Of a stretch of 64,000 bases of DNA, positions 63,155 through 64,000 are shown in pieces (position 1 is the first letter of the stretch; each line of letters opens with the position of its first letter). Where the stretch lies: contig JBHGAY010000001.1 of assembly GCA_041946735.1 (NCBI GenBank), forward strand, positions 1 to 64,000, read 5' to 3'. Made by a program: the position numbers and the translations under genes. The notes beneath the pieces are model-generated. The model was given only the letters and a program-made list of their open reading frames with translations. It was not told the origin of the DNA and searched no databases. Origin of the DNA: Candidatus Eiseniibacteriota bacterium. Its GTDB lineage: Bacteria > Eisenbacteria > RBG-16-71-46 > CAIMUX01 > VGJL01.

Positions 63155-64000
63155 TCAAACCCGGAAGCGATCGGTTCGCGACAGGTACTGTCGGATCCTC
63201 TCCCGCTCCCTTTCCATGCCCGACCGACCCATGGCTGCGTGGGTGAGACGTTTGCCCTCCTCCACGCCAGGCTGATCGAACGGACTGACATGATACAGCA
63301 TTCCGGCGGCGATCGTAGCCCACTCGTAGAGCTGGAAGAGCTGTCCGAGAGCGAACGGACCGATCGACGGAACATCGAGGACGATCACCGGACGCTCCTC
63401 CGCGAGGAGCGCCATCTCGGTCGCGCTGCGCTCGAGCGCGAGCAGCTCGCCCACGCCATGCCCCGCGACGTGGTCGAGCCCGGCGTCGGCAAGGCCGGGC
63501 AGATCGGCCTGCGGGATGCGCACCTCGGTTCTCGGCGATCGAACGGCGATGGTCGTGATCAACTTGTCGTTCGGCCCCTGGACGTAGAGCTGGAGTTGCG
63601 AATGCTGGTCGGTCGCTCCCACCGCGCGGACCGGAGTCTGGCCGACGGGCGCCCGGCTCGTGCCGGTCGGCGTCTCTCTTTTTCCGAGGCTCTCCGCCCA
63701 GAGCTGGCAGAACCATTCGGCGAACGACCGGAGAGCGTCGGCATAGGGCATGAGAACGGCGATCTGCTTTCCCTTGATCCGGTCCATCCATACGTGGACG
63801 CCGGCGAGCGCGAGCGCCGGATTCTCCTGCCAGCGATGCGAGCGGCAGCGTTCGTCCATCCGCGCCGCTCCTTCCAGAAGCTGCTCAGGGTCGATGCCCG
63901 CCACGGCGGCCGGCAGCAGTCCCACCGCCGTCAGGACGGAGAACCGCCCGCCCACGCCAGAAGGGATCGGAAGCGAGCGCGCCCCGGTCTCGCGAGCGAG
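63155..64000 (-). CDS. pgi: Glucose-6-phosphate isomerase (5' part outside the window)
   Basis: VGGRFSVL, QLWAESLGK, GATDQHSQLQL, PFDQPGVEEGK. Confidence 0.96.
   Translation of the reverse strand, partial: LARETGARSLPIPSGVGGRFSVLTAVGLLPAAVAGIDPEQLLEGAARMDERCRSHRWQENPALALAGVHVWMDRIKGKQIAVLMPYADALRSFAEWFCQLWAESLGKRETPTGTSRAPVGQTPVRAVGATDQHSQLQLYVQGPNDKLITTIAVRSPRTEVRIPQADLPGLADAGLDHVAGHGVGELLALERSATEMALLAEERPVIVLDVPSIGPFALGQLFQLYEWATIAAGMLYHVSPFDQPGVEEGKRLTHAAMGRSGMERERERIRQYLSRTDRFRV

Overview
A very GC-rich, gene-dense bacterial chromosomal segment with about 50 CDS and three tRNA genes (Ser-TGA, Ser-GCT, Arg-ACG). I see no transposase, integrase, phage gene or CRISPR array. Several secreted proteins carry FlgD-Ig-like domains, a style suggesting a diderm such as Ca. 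Eisenbacteria or Latescibacterota (inference). Recognisable genes include sodC, an M13 peptidase, msrB, copB, cstA, ku, murJ, tadA, an Fpg/Nei glycosylase, mnmA and a partial pgi. Three candidate systems stand out. (1) A co-oriented redox-sensing module at 16035-23750: hemerythrin, two c-type cytochromes, a TPR Ser/Thr kinase, a small PNPOx-fold protein and a PNPOx-GAF-winged-helix regulator. It is preceded by TTCCTAA boxes in 11-bp phase that reach the -35 position. (2) A cstA / sensor kinase / sigma54 activator locus followed by a near-consensus sigma54 promoter that drives only a ~200-nt multi-hairpin non-coding stretch, a candidate sRNA arranged like cbrAB-crcZ. (3) A secreted protein with a remote lysyl-oxidase-like motif series, in an operon with a PQQ-type dehydrogenase and sodC. 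Also seen: LytTR-type boxes, several apparently leaderless promoters and pervasive short tandem duplications. All calls come from reading motifs by eye; no database searches were run.
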